DNA of 64,000 nucleotides from an uncultured Actinomycetota bacterium (GTDB taxonomy: Bacteria > Actinomycetota > Actinomycetes > Mycobacteriales > Mycobacteriaceae), in contig CAVTXO010000012.1 of NCBI GenBank assembly GCA_963738695.1, positions 40,742 to 104,741 of the forward strand. The letters run 5' to 3'. A model generated the notes under the pieces. The model had not been told where the DNA came from. It saw only the letters and a list, made by a program, of their open reading frames with translations, and did not search any database. Positions 42,938 to 56,750 of this stretch are shown piece after piece. Both the position numbers and the translations under genes were made by a program. Every line of letters begins with the position of its first letter. The first letter of the stretch is position 1.

Positions 42938-43078
42938 GGCGCACCTCTCTGCGGTCGGGATCGGGTGAGCTTCCAGCCTGCCATCAACCGTAGCCACGCG
43001 GTGGGCGTTGACGGCGACAACACTATTCGGGCGGGGGCGCCATCCGGCGCCGAAACGCGAATGGCAGACTGGCTTCCC

Positions 43079-43607
<529 letters not shown>

Positions 43608-43622
43608 CGGCCCCTGCTCTGC

Positions 43623-43685
43623 GCGAGCGTGCGCAGAGTGCCTACCTTTCGCGGCGTGTCGCGCAGCAGACGCGCACGGTCGCGG
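43623..43685. repeat. REP-like imperfect palindrome between convergent genes
   Basis: Arms CGCGAGCGTGCGC and GCGCACGGTCGCG flank a CGGCGTGTCG core. Confidence 0.6.
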
Positions 43686-43693
43686 ACGGCTGA

Positions 43694-44113
43694 CTAGCCG
43701 GCGTAACCCGCGTCGGTGAGTGCGTCGAGCACGTCCAGCGGGTCGGTGCCCAGATCCCAGCGGGTGAACACCAGCAAGCGGTCATCGGCGCGGTGTCGAG
43801 TCTCCAGCAGGCGCACCTTGCGCCCGATGCGACGGAACTCCGTGATGCGGATCTTCGCGATGTCGTCGCGGCGGCAGCACGTGCGGTGCGCCACCACCCG
43901 CGGACCACCAGCCCGTCAGGCGTGATTGCCAGTTTTGGCCGTGCGCGCCACGACATGCTTGCAAACGCGAGCAGTCCGACCGCGGCAATGCCCGCGAGGA
44001 TGCGACCGGGGGCGTCTGTGACTACGGTCACAACGCCGATAGCCATCATCAGGCCGAGAGACCGCGCACGCCGCGATTCCAGCCGTCGACGGGCTCCACT
44101 GAGTTTGCTGCAT
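43694..44113 (-). CDS. PH-domain membrane protein (Rv0010c-like)
   Basis: 'MQQTQWSP', 'DAPGRILAGIAAVGL...RARPKLAITPDGL', 'FTRWDLGTDPLDVLDAL'. Confidence 0.88.
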
Positions 44114-44149
44114 CGCGTTCTGAACACCCTCTAACCGTGGCGTATCGAG

Positions 44150-44179
44150 TTATCCACAGGCGCTATCCCCAATGGGGAT
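44150..44179. promoter_or_regulatory. DnaA box cluster in the Rv0010c-crgA intergenic region
   Basis: Perfect TTATCCACA at 44150-44158 followed by degenerate CTATCCCCA and TGGGGATGA. Confidence 0.78.
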
Positions 44180-44270
44180 GAATCACAACGATGTGATTGG
44201 GTGACGAAAAGGTTGCGGAACGGGTAACGCACCGAGACCAATTTGAATGCATCCTGCGACCGGGAGGACG

Positions 44271-44556
44271 TCACCGCCACCGCATGGTGAGCAACAGACC
44301 GGTGATCATGAAGGCAAACGCGATCGCGTAGTTCCACTGGGCGAGGTCTGGCCATCCAGTGCAGGAAACTCGGCGAGTCCACGGGGTTGGTCGCCGCCAG
44401 CTGGAAGACGAGCAGCCAGAGCAGTCCGATCAGCATCAATCCGATGAACAGCGCGACGAACCACATGCTCGACGGCCCGGCCTTGACCTTGACCGGAGTG
44501 CGGCTCACCGGGTTGACGGTGAAATCGCTCTTCTTGCGAACCTTGGACTTGGGCAT
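44271..44556 (-). CDS. crgA: Cell division protein CrgA
   Basis: 'MPKSKVRKK', '[17 protein letters not shown]', '[21 protein letters not shown]'. Confidence 0.95.
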
Positions 44557-44671
44557 GGGTACCTTCGCGGACAGTCGGCGTCGCGGGTGCGACGATGGAG
44601 CGGATGCAATTGAGAGCCTAACCCAGCACGCCGCCGGTCCGAGAATCCCAGAGGCCACGGAGGAGGGGACG

Positions 44672-45434
44672 ATGGCCGCAGCCCGCGGGTCCGCCGCCCC
44701 GCCGTGGCGCGTTCGGCGTACCCGCTCGTGTGCCTGTGCGCCGGTCTGCTGCTGGCGGCCACCCACACCGCGTCCGGCGGCGGCGAGATCCGCCGCAGTG
44801 ACGCGCCGCGGCTCGTCGACCTGGTCCGCGACGCCCAGCAGTCGGTCGACCGGCTGTCCGGCGAGCGCGACGCACTGGTGACGCAGATCGACAACCACCA
44901 CGGCGGCTCCCCCGGCGTCGACGCGGCGCTGGCCGCGATCACCGACCGCGCCGACGTCCTGGCCGCCGACGCCGGCCTCGACCCGATGCGCGGGCCCGGC
45001 CTGGTGGTCACGCTCGACGACGCGCAGCGCGACGCCGAGGGCCGCTTCCCCGGCGATGCCTCCCCCGACGACCTGGTGGTGCACCAGCAGGACGTCCAGG
45101 CCGTGCTGAACGCGCTGTGGACCGCGGGCGCCGAGGGCATCCAGATGCAGGATCAGCGGATCATCGGCACGTCGGCGCCGCGCTGCGTCGGCAACACCCT
45201 GCTGCTCAACGGGCGCACCTACAGCCCGCCGTACGTCATCACCGCCATCGGCGACGTACCGGCGATGCAGGCGCGCCCTCGCGGCGGCGCCGCTTGGTGA
45301 CGCTCTACAAGCAGTACGTGGTGCGGTTCGGGCTGGGCTACACCGAAGAGCCGCAGGCCCAGGTCGACCTGGTCGGGTACCCGGCGCCGGTGCGGATGCG
45401 CTTCGCCAAGCCTGCCGGTCCGCTCGGCTACTGA
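44672..45434 (+). CDS. DUF881 protein (Rv0012-like)
   Basis: '[11 protein letters not shown]', '[20 protein letters not shown]', '[23 protein letters not shown]'. Confidence 0.9.
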
Positions 45435-45455
45435 CGATCCCAGTAGCCTGGTCAG

Positions 45456-46110
45456 ATGCGGGTTCTCGTCGTCGACAACTACGACAGCTTCGTGTTCAAC
45501 CTGGTCCAGTACCTCGGCCAGCTCGGCGTGAACGCGGAGGTCTGGCGCAACGACGACGCCGCGGCTGGCCGAGCGACGCGGACGTCGCGCCGGCGGCCGA
45601 GGAGTTCGACGGCATCCTGCTGAGCCCCGGGCCCGGCACGCCGGAGCGGGCCGGCGCGTCCATCCCGCTGGTGCGCGCCTGCGCGGCGACGACGACCCCG
45701 CTGCTCGGCGTCTGCCTCGGGCACCAGGCGATCGGCGTGGCGTTCGGCGGCACGGTCGACCGCGCGCCCGAACTGCTGCACGGCAAGACCAGCAGCGTGC
45801 ACCACTCGAATATCGGTGTGCTGCAAGGACTTCCGGATCCGTTCACGGCGACGCGGTATCACTCGCTGACCATCCTGCCCGAGACCCTGCCCGACGACTG
45901 CAGGTCACCGCGCGCACCGACGGCGGCGTCATCATGGGCGTGCAGCACGTCGAGCTGCCGATCCACGGCGTCCAGTTCCACCCCGAGTCGATCCTGACCG
46001 AGGGTGGTCACCGGATGCTGGCCAACTGGCTGGCGCGTGTGCGGCGAGGCGCCCGCGGAGGGGCTGGTGAGCCAGCTCGAGCAGCGAGGTCGCCGATACG
46101 GTGCGGGCGG

Positions 46111-46133
<23 letters not shown>
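45456..46133 (+). CDS. trpG: Anthranilate / aminodeoxychorismate synthase glutamine amidotransferase subunit
   Basis: '[16 protein letters not shown]', 'LSPGPG', 'GVCLGHQ', 'GVQFHPES'. Confidence 0.93.
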
Positions 46134-48012
<1,879 letters not shown>

Positions 48013-48016
<4 letters not shown>

Positions 48017-49311
48017 CGAAAGTTCTGTTCTGGTGCCGCCGTCGAGGGCCGCGAGGAGGCCGCAGCTGTTGCCTCCACCATGCCCGATCGGGCCCTGTTC
48101 GGTCCAATCGGGCGTCGGGCATGGCACCCGGCGACGCAGGTGGCGGGGGCACGACCGTGGTGCTGGTGTTGGTCACCGTGGGCGGCGGCACGTTGCTTGT
48201 CCTTGCGGTCCTGGGCGTTGAGCACGATCAGGATCGCGATGACGATGGCGAGCGCGCCGAGCACCCCGGCCGCCCACAGCAGCGCCCGCTGACCGGGGGA
48301 GAAGGTGCGACGCTGCGGCACCGGCGTGCGGTGGCTGCCCGTCACGGGCGCGGCCGGGCCGCGGGCGGCGGCCTGCTCCCGAAGTCCGCGGCGGCGCGGG
48401 CCTGGGTGACCGACGGGATCGCGGCCGGAGCGGCGCGGCCGATGGTCGGCGCCTGGTTCGGGCGCGGGGGGCCGTGCGCCCGGCGCGCACCGCGGCCACG
48501 GCGTCGGCGAACGGGCCGCCGGAGCGGTACCGCTGGCCGGGCTCCTTGGCCAGGGTGATCTCGATCAGCTCGCGCACGTTCGGCGGCAGGTCGGCGGGCA
48601 GCGGCGCGGGTTGCTCCTTGATGTGCTTCATCGCGACGGTCAGCGCGCCGTCGCCGGTGAACGGACGTCGACCCGAAACCGACTCGTAGCCAACGACTCC
48701 CAGTGAGTAGACGTCGCTGGCGGCGGTGGCGTCGCGGCCGAGCGCCTGCTCGGGCGCGATGTACTGCGCGGTGCCCATGACCATGCCGGTCTGCGTGACC
48801 GGGGCGGCGTCGACGGCCTTGGCGATGCCGAAGTCGGTGAGCTTCACCTGGCCGGTCGGGGTGATCAGGATGTTGCCCGGCTTGACGTCGCGGTGCACCA
48901 GCCCCGCGGTGTGGGCGACCTGCAGCGCCCGGCCGGTCTGCTCGAGCATGTCGAGCGCGTGCCGCAGCGACAGCCGTCCCGGTGCGCTTGATCACGGCGT
49001 TGAGCGGTTCGCCGTTGACGAGCTCCATCACCAGGTACGCGGTGCGACCCTCGCCTGTCCAGCTCGGTCTCGCCGTAGTCGTAGACGCTGGCGATGCCGG
49101 GGTGGTTGAGCATGGCGACCGTGCGGGCCTCGGCGCGGAACCGCTCGACGAACTCGGGGTCGGAGGAGAACTCCGCCTTGAGCACCTTGATGGCGACCTG
49201 TCGCCCGAGCCGGGTGTCGACGCTCTCCCACACCTGGCCCATGCCGCCGGTGGCGATCAGCCGCTGCAACCGGTAGCGGTCGGACAGCGTCACTCCGACG
49301 CGCGCGCTCAT
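48013..49311 (-). CDS. pknA: Ser/Thr protein kinase PknA
   Basis: '[10 protein letters not shown]', 'HRDVKPGN', 'DFGIAK', '[10 protein letters not shown]'. Confidence 0.96.
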
Positions 49312-50789
49312 GATCCCTCCCGCAGCGCCGCGGCAATGGTGGCCCGCCCGATCGGCGCGGCCAGCGCGCCGCCGGTGGCGGACAATCGGTCGCCACCATT
49401 CTCCACGAGGACCGCGATGGCCACCTTGGGGGCCTTGGCCGGGGCGAACGCGATGTACCAGGCGTGTGGCGGGGTGTTGCGGGGGTCGGTGCCGTGCTCG
49501 GCGGTGCCCGTCTTGGAGGCGATCTGCACGCCGGCGATGGCTCCCTTCTGCTGACGTCGCCTGCTCGGCGTCAATCATCAGATCCGTAAGTGTAGTAGCG
49601 ACCTGCGCGGACACCGCCCGCCGGACTTCGCGCGGGCGCCGTCGTGCTGATGTTGGCCAGGTCGGGACCCTTGAGGTCCTGGACCAGATAGGGCTCCATC
49701 GTGACCCCGTCGTTGGCGATGGTGGCGGCCACCATGGCGTTCTGCAGCGGGGTCACCGCGACGTCCTTCTGCCCGATGCTGGACATGCCGAGGGCGGCGA
49801 CGTCGTTGATCGGACCGACCGTCGACGTCGGCGACCTGAAGGGGCATCGGCGGCGGAGCCGAGTCGAGCCCGAACGCCCGCGCCGTGTTCCGCAGCGCGT
49901 CGGCTCCCGGTGTTGATGCCGAGTTGGACGAAGGCGGTGTTGCACGACTTCGCGAAGGCGTCGCGCAGCGAGGCCGTCGGACCGCTGCCGCACGACGTCC
50001 CGCCGTAGTTCTCCAGCGTTGCGGTGCTGTCCGGCAACGGGATTCGCGGTGCCGACGTGAGCTGGGTGTCCTCCGTCGCACCGGCCTGCAGGGCGGCCGC
50101 GGTGGTGATCACCTTGAACGTCGAACCCGGGGGATAGGTCTCCGAGATGGCGCGGTTGACCAGCGGGGAGTTGGGGTCGTCGCGCAGCTGCTGCCAGGCG
50201 CTCGACTGCTGGTCGACGTCGTGGGACGCCAGCAGGTTCGGGTCGTAGGACGGCGACGACACCATTGCCAGGATCTTGCCGGTCGACGGCTCCAGCGCCA
50301 CCACCGCACCCTTGCACGGTCCGTTGCACCCCTGCTGCATGGCGTCCCAGGCGGCCTGCTGCACCTGCGGGTTGATGGTGGTCGCCACGTTGCCTCCGCG
50401 GGGATCGCGACCGGTGAAGAAGTCGGCGAGCCGCCTGCCGAACAGCCGCTCGTCGGAGCCGTTGAGGATGCGTGTCCTCGGCGCGCTCCAGGCCCGCGCT
50501 GGAGTACCGCAGCGAGTAGAAGCCGGTCACCGGGGCGTACGCCAGCGGGTTCGGGTACACGCGCAGGAACCGGAAGTGCCCGTTGGTCGACGTCGAGTAC
50601 GCCAGCAGCTGGCCGCCCGCCGAGATCTGTCCGCGCTGCCGGGAGTACTCGTCGAGCAGGACGCGCTGGTTGCGCGGGTCGGATCGCAGGCCGTCGGCGG
50701 TGAAGACCTGGGTCAGGGTGGCGTTGGCGAGCAGCAGCACGATCAGCGCCATGATCGTCGACGGAGACGCGGCGCAGGGAGGTGTTCAT
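49308..50789 (-). CDS. pbpA: Class B penicillin-binding protein PbpA
   Basis: 'PPGSTFK' (SxxK), 'SCN' (SxN), 'KTGTA' (KTG). Confidence 0.95.
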
Positions 50790-52207
50790 ACCTTCTCGAT
50801 CACCTCCGTGCTCGGCGGCGGCGATCGGCGTGGTGTTGGGCCGGCTGGTGCGTGATCGGACGACGCGCGGAGTGCGAGATGCGGATCAGGATCGCCAGCA
50901 GCACGTAGTTGGCGAGCAGCGACGAGCCGCCGTAGGACATCCACGGGGTGGTCAGGCCGGTGAGCGGGATCAGCTTCGTCACGCCGCCGACGACGATGAA
51001 CAGCTGGATCGCCAGCGTCGAGGCCAGACCGGCGGCCAGCAGCTTGCCGAAGCTGTCGCGCACGGCGATCGCGGTGCGCAGGCCGCGGATGATGAGGATG
51101 GTGTAGAGCATCAGCACGCCTGCCAGACCGACGAGGCCGAGCTCCTCGCCGATCGCGGCGATGATGAAGTCGGTGGACGCCGCGGGCACCGTGCCGGGCT
51201 GGCCGTTGCCGAGACCGGTGCCGAAGATGCCGCCGGTGGCGAAGCTGAACAACGACTGCACCATCTGGTAGCCGGCACCGTCGGGATCGGCGAACGGGTC
51301 GAGCCAGTTCTGCGACGCGAATCTGGACGTGCGCGAACGCGTAGTACGCCACGACGCTGCCCGCGGCGAACAGCGTGAGTCCGATGAGGACCCAGCTGAT
51401 CCGGTCGGTGGCGATGTAGACCATCACCAGGAACGACGCGTACAGCAGCAGCGAGGTGCCGAGGTCCTTCTCGAACACCATCACGCCGACCGAGGCGATC
51501 CACGCCGCCAGCAGCGGCGCGAGGTCGCGGGGCCGGGGCAGGTCCATGCCGAGCACGTGCTTGCCCGCGCTGGTGAACAGGCTGCGCTTGGCCACCAGTA
51601 CCGCGGCGAAGAAGATCAGCAGCAGGATCTTGGAGAACTCGGCGGGCTGAATCGAGAAGCCGGGCAAGCGAATCCAGATCTTCGCGCCGTTCTCCTCGGA
51701 CATCGAGCGGGCAGCATCGCCGGAATGACCAGCAGCACCAGGCCGGTCAGGCCGCACACGTAGCCGTAGCGGGCCAGGATCCGGTGGTCGCTCAGGAAGA
51801 TCACGACGAGTGAGAAGCGCGACGACGCCGACCAGCGTCCACAGCATCTGCTGGTTGGCGCTCGGGCCCGCGGGCGGCACCCGTGACCAGGGGGCCCGCG
51901 GCGAGGTCGAGGCGGTGAATCATGACCAGTCCCAAGCCATTCAGCAGCGCGACGACGGGAAGCAGCAGCGGATCGGCGTACGGCGCGAAGCGTCGGACCG
52001 CCAGGTGGGCGCCGGCGAACAGCGCGACGTAGGCGACCGCGTACTGGACCAGATCCCAGCGCAGACCCCTGCTCCTGATTGGCCTCGACGATGAGCAGGG
52101 CCACCATCGTGATCAAGCGCGGCGAACCCGAGCAGGAACAGTTCGGCGTTGCGCCGGTTGGGCATTGGCGGTATGACGGTGACCGGGGCCTGCGGTTGGG
52201 TCGTCAT
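50786..52207 (-). CDS. rodA: SEDS protein RodA
   Basis: 'QPAEFSKI', 'EKDLGT', '[13 protein letters not shown]', '[16 protein letters not shown]'. Confidence 0.95.
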
Positions 52208-53772
52208 GACGCCGCCCGGCAAGTTGGTGCCCGGCTCCTGCGGTGGGGGCGGCAGCGCCGTCACGGTCGGCGACGGCGCGGGCGCCTGCGTCGGGGCTGG
52301 GGCGGGCGGGGGTTCCGGCGGCGACTCCGGCGGCGGTGCGGGACGGTGACGGTGGTGGGCACCTCGGGCGCCGAAGGATCCGTAGGCACGCGGTGGGGGC
52401 GTCGGCGACGGAGGGGCGCCCGGCGAAGGCGGAGTGGCCGGCGGCGGTGGGATGGCGCTGCTGGTCGTCGTGGGTCGTGGTGGTCGGGGTGGGCGGCGCG
52501 CAGAGCGGTAGCAGCGAGGACTGGCCGAGCTTCCTTGCAGCTGACGGATGGCGTCGTCGACGCTGCCTGCGGGCAGCCCCGCCGCCACCTGAGCGCGTTC
52601 GGATTCCCGTAGATCGCCGACCTTGAGCAGCTGGCAGCCGGAGCGGTCGTCGTCGGACGCCGATGATCTTCAGCTCGTCGCGGTCGTCGAGGCAGGCGAT
52701 GCGGAATGGCTGCTGCAGCGGCATTCCGAGGAACGAGCCCTGCACGCCGCGCATGATGTAGACCGCGCCGTCGTGCTCGGCGACGTAGTAGTTGCTGCGA
52801 ATCACGGTGCGGCCGATGGCGAGGCCGGCGAGCACGAGCAGGACCAGAGCAGGATGCGGCGTAGATGCATCCTGCGGCGCGATCGCGGCTTGCGCGCCGG
52901 CGATTCCGGTTCGGCCGAAGGACGTTTCGGCGGCGCGGCAGCGACGCGACGCGGATTGAACGCCGACGCGCGGCCCGCGGCGGTGTTGGGCGGGGCGGTC
53001 TGGTCGTCGTCGCCCGACACGGCGCCCGCCAGGATCGGCTGGGTCTGACCGTAGCCGTAGTCGACGACGTCGGCGACGACGACGGTGACGTTGTCGGGTC
53101 CACCGCCGCGGAGCGCCAATTCGATGAGCCGGTCGGCACTTTCGGCGACGTCGGGGATCTGCAGCGCGTCCATGGATGGTGTCGTGGCTGACCGGGATCG
53201 GACAGCCCGTCGGAGCACAGCAGGTAGCGGTCGCCGACGCGGGCCTCGCGCACGATCAGCGTCGGCTCGACCTCGTGCCCGGTGAGCGCGCGCATGATCA
53301 GCGACCGCTGCGGGTGGCTGTGCGCTTCCTCGGCGGTGATGCGGCCCTCGTCGACCAGGGTCTGGACGAACGTGTCGTCCTTGGTGATCTGGTTGAGTTC
53401 GCCGTCGCGGAGCAGATAGCCGCGCGAGTCACCGATGTGGACGAGGCCAAGTCTGTTGCCCGCGAACAGGATTGCGGTGAGCGTGGTGCCCATGCCCTCG
53501 AGTTCGGGGTCGGCCTCGACGTGGGCGGCGATCGCGGCGTTGCCCTCGTGGACGGCCTCGTTGAGCTGGCTGAGGAGGTCACCACCCGGCTCGTCGTCGT
53601 CGAGGTGCGCGAGCGCGGCGATCACCAATTGGGAGGCGACCTCGCCCGCGGCGTGACCGCCCATGCCGTCGGCCAGGGCCAGCAGCCGGGCGCCGGCGTA
53701 GACCGAGTCTTCGTTGTTGGCGCGGACCAGGCCGCGGTCGCTGCGCGCCGCGTAGCGGAGGACGAGCGTCAC
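52204..53772 (-). CDS. pstP: PP2C-type Ser/Thr phosphatase
   Basis: 'GLVRANNEDS', 'ADGMGGHAAGEVAS', 'LLCSDGL', 'GGPDNVTVV'; TM and Pro-rich tail. Confidence 0.96.
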
Positions 53773-54235
53773 GGGCGCAGCTCGATTACCGTCTTGCCGA
53801 TTCGCACCGGCGTGCCCATCGGAACCCTAACCGCCGTCGTCACCTTCGCCCTGTCGAGGTATGTACCGTTGGTCGATCCTAGGTCTTCGACGTACCATTC
53901 GGCGCCCCGCTGGGACAGGCGGGCATGCCGTGTCGACGCGTAGTCGTCGGTGAGCACCAGGGTCGAGTCGTCGGCGCGGCCGATCAGCACGGGCTGGGCG
54001 CCCAACGTGATCCGCGTGCCGGCCAGCGCGCCCTCGGTGACGACAGTTGACGGGCGATGTGCCGGCGCTGCCGACTGGGCAGCAGGGTGCCGCGCAGCGC
54101 CAGGCCGCGCTTGACCATCACGGCGCCGGTCGGGGCGTAGATGTCGGTGCGCAGGATCCGCAGCACCGACCAGATGAACAGCCACAACAGCAACAGGAAA
54201 CCGACGCGCGTCAGCTGCAGAACTAGCCCCTGCAT
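53769..54235 (-). CDS. fhaB: FHA-domain protein FhaB/FipA
   Basis: N-terminal TM 'MQGLVLQLTRVGFLLLLW'; FHA motifs 'IGR', 'STRHA', 'DLGSTNGT'. Confidence 0.94.
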
Positions 54236-54418
54236 CTGACGTCCTCTCCGTCACCGTCCCGATGCCGTCGCGTCGGCGCCACCGGACCGGTTTCCGGGTC
54301 GCTTCGCTCCTGCCCGCCGAACGGTCTGGCTACGTTCGGCAACGTCACGATACTTGGGCGCGAACGGCGTGAGGGCGAAGCGAACAGCTTGCACCCGGGC
54401 TGTGACCGGCCCGGGCCC

Positions 54419-55883
54419 TCAGTGAACGCGGACGATGATCTCGGAGTGGCCCAGCCGGATCACGTCGCCGTCGGCCAGCTGCCATTCCTGCACCGGCGCG
54501 TTGTTCACCGTGGTGCCGTTCGTCGAGTTGAGGTCCGACAGCAGGGCGACCTGGCCGTCCCAGCGGATCTCCAGATGCCGACGTGACACGCCGGTGTCCG
54601 GGAGCCGGAACTGAGCGTCCTGGCCGCGACCGATGACGTTGGCGCCCTCGCGCAGCTGGTAGGTCCGGCCGCTGCCGTCGTCGAGCTGCAGGGTGACGTT
54701 GGCGCCGGCAGCACCGTAACCGCCGCCGTACCCGGCGGGCGGCGCGGCGGGCTGCTGGCCGTAGTCGTACCCGGCGGGCTGGCCGTAGCCGCGCCTCGCC
54801 GTAGCCGGGCTGCCCCTGCTGGCCGTAGTCGTAACCCGCGGGCGGCTGCGCGTAGTCCTGGCGTGCCGTAGGCCTGCCCTGCGCCGTACCCGGCCTGGTT
54901 CGCCGTAGCCGCCCTGCTCGGGATAGCCGCCCTGGTCGGGGTAACCGCCCTGCTCCGGGTAGCCGCCCTGGTCGGGGTAGGCGGGACGGCGCCGTCGGGC
55001 CTGCCGTAGCTCCGTCGTGACGCCCGGCGGGGCGGCGGGCGGGCGGCCGTAGTCGTAGTCACCCTGCGGGCTGGCCGTAGCCCGCCGGGAGCACCTGGGG
55101 GCGGGCCGTGGGAGGGCCGTAGCCGGCCGGGGCCGGGCGGACCCTGGTCGGGGTAGCCGCCACCGGGCGGCGGGCCGTACCCGGCGGGCGGGCGCTGCTC
55201 GTAGGACGGCGGCGGATAGCCCTGCGTCCGGGTAGCCACCCTGCTCGGGCTAGCCGCCCTGGTCGTAGGGCGCCTGCCGGGCGGCGGGTAGCCGGGCGCC
55301 GGAGCGCCCTGCGGCGGGTAACCGCCCTGCTCGGGCGGGTAGGCGCACGGGGCTCTTCGCCCTGGCGCCCGTAGTCGTAGTACTCGTCGCCGGGCTGCCC
55401 TTGTCCCTGGCCGCCGCGGTAGCTCGGGTTGTCGCTCATCGGGGGTACTCCTGGTTCTGCGGTGTGCGCGCGGTCTGGTGCGTGCCGGGGCGGGTTCGCC
55501 TCGTGGTCGAGTCGGGGTTGACCGCTCCACGTGTGCGGAACTGGCCGGTGTGCAGGTTCGGTGACGATTCGAATCTGACGACCACCTCACCATACGTTTG
55601 CCACCCTTGGTCATGGATGTAACCCTCCAGGTATCTGGCAAAAGTGGTCGAACTGAGGTCTGGGTCGGCGCTCACCTTCTGATGGTCGGGCACACTGAGG
55701 GTAATGACGTAGTCGTTCGGGGCCAAAATCCGACCGCCCCCGACTTCGCGCGCTCCGGCCTCCGCTTCACGCTGCAAGCATCGCCTCGACCTCTTGCGGC
55801 ACGATCGGACCACCGAATACGCGGGCGAAGGCATCGCCGACGGTGGACTCGAGCTTGCGCTCGAAGCGGCCGACAAGGCCCAT
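54419..55883 (-). CDS. fhaA: FhaA (DUF3662 domain, GYPxQG-repeat linker, FHA domain)
   Basis: 'MGLVGRFERKLESTVGDAFARVF', 'LAPNDY', low-complexity G/Y/P/Q repeats, C-terminal FHA 'SRRH...NSTNGT'. Confidence 0.93.
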
Positions 55884-56116
55884 GTCACCGCCCACCTCGC
55901 TCGTCGTCGTTCCCGGTCCGGCGTCACGCGGCCCTGCGTGTCGCGGAGCCGCGATGACCCGTACTCATGGTATCGGCCCAGCACCGACGCAACGGGACCA
56001 ACAGAACTCTGAGAATCGGATCACGGCAGGTCAAGGGCGCCGCTGCGGTTCGCACCGGTGCGATCTGCGCGGTTGGGGAGTGGGCCGGTGTGCGTGATAG
56101 GCTCCCCCGGTTGTTG

Positions 56117-56199
56117 GGGCGAGTGGCGGAATGGCAGACGCGCTGGCTTCAGGTGCCAGTGTCCTTCGGGACGTGGGGGTTCAAGTCCCCCTTCGCCCA
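56117..56199 (+). tRNA. leuT: tRNA-Leu(CAG)
   Basis: GGGCGAGTGGCGGAATGG...TTCAGGT anticodon loop, long variable arm GTCCTTCGGGAC, GGTTCAAGTCC...TTCGCCCA. Confidence 0.97.
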
Positions 56200-56234
56200 C
56201 AATTGTGATGAGTCGAGTCATCGGTTACAGAGAA

Positions 56235-56261
56235 TCCCGGCCTTGGGCCGGGTTTTTTGTT
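56235..56261 (+). terminator. Intrinsic terminator after tRNA-Leu
   Basis: CCCGGCC-TTG-GGCCGGG followed by TTTTTTGTT. Confidence 0.85.
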
Positions 56262-56750
56262 GGTTGCGCCATCGGGCGGAAATGGCGCCTGCTCCGACTG
56301 GTCGACCGCGATGATTGGCCGATGCGAGATCCCGCTCTGCGGTTGTGCCGTGGCGATTCCCGGGCGCTGGCCGTTTCTCGCTGGCGGGTCTCCTCCTGTG
56401 GATGTGAAGTGGATGGACGGGATGCCGATGGCTCTCGAGATGATCTCGCGGCGTAGGTGGCGCGAACGAGTTCATCCGCTGGGTCGAGGATGCGAACAAC
56501 AAGGGACGACCCGAAGCGGCGCCTTCGTCGGCCTCAGGAGGAGCTCGAGGTAGGTCAAGGCCCGGCACCGCGAACGCGCCGGCGGGTAGGCGCCCGCTCC
56601 GGGCATGAGTCGTCCGAAGAGAACCAGCCAGGGGAATAGTTCGGTACGCGCCAAGGATATATAGGTTGCCTATATTCGAGACGGCGCCGGCAGCATGACC
56701 CCTGTAGAGGACTCTGATGCTCGGCGTGGTGCAGGTTTCTGGAGGTCGGG

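Noticed and set aside
54720-55400. Low-complexity repeats (TAGCCGCCCTG...) as an independent repeat element
   Set aside because: They encode the known GYPxQG-rich linker of FhaA.
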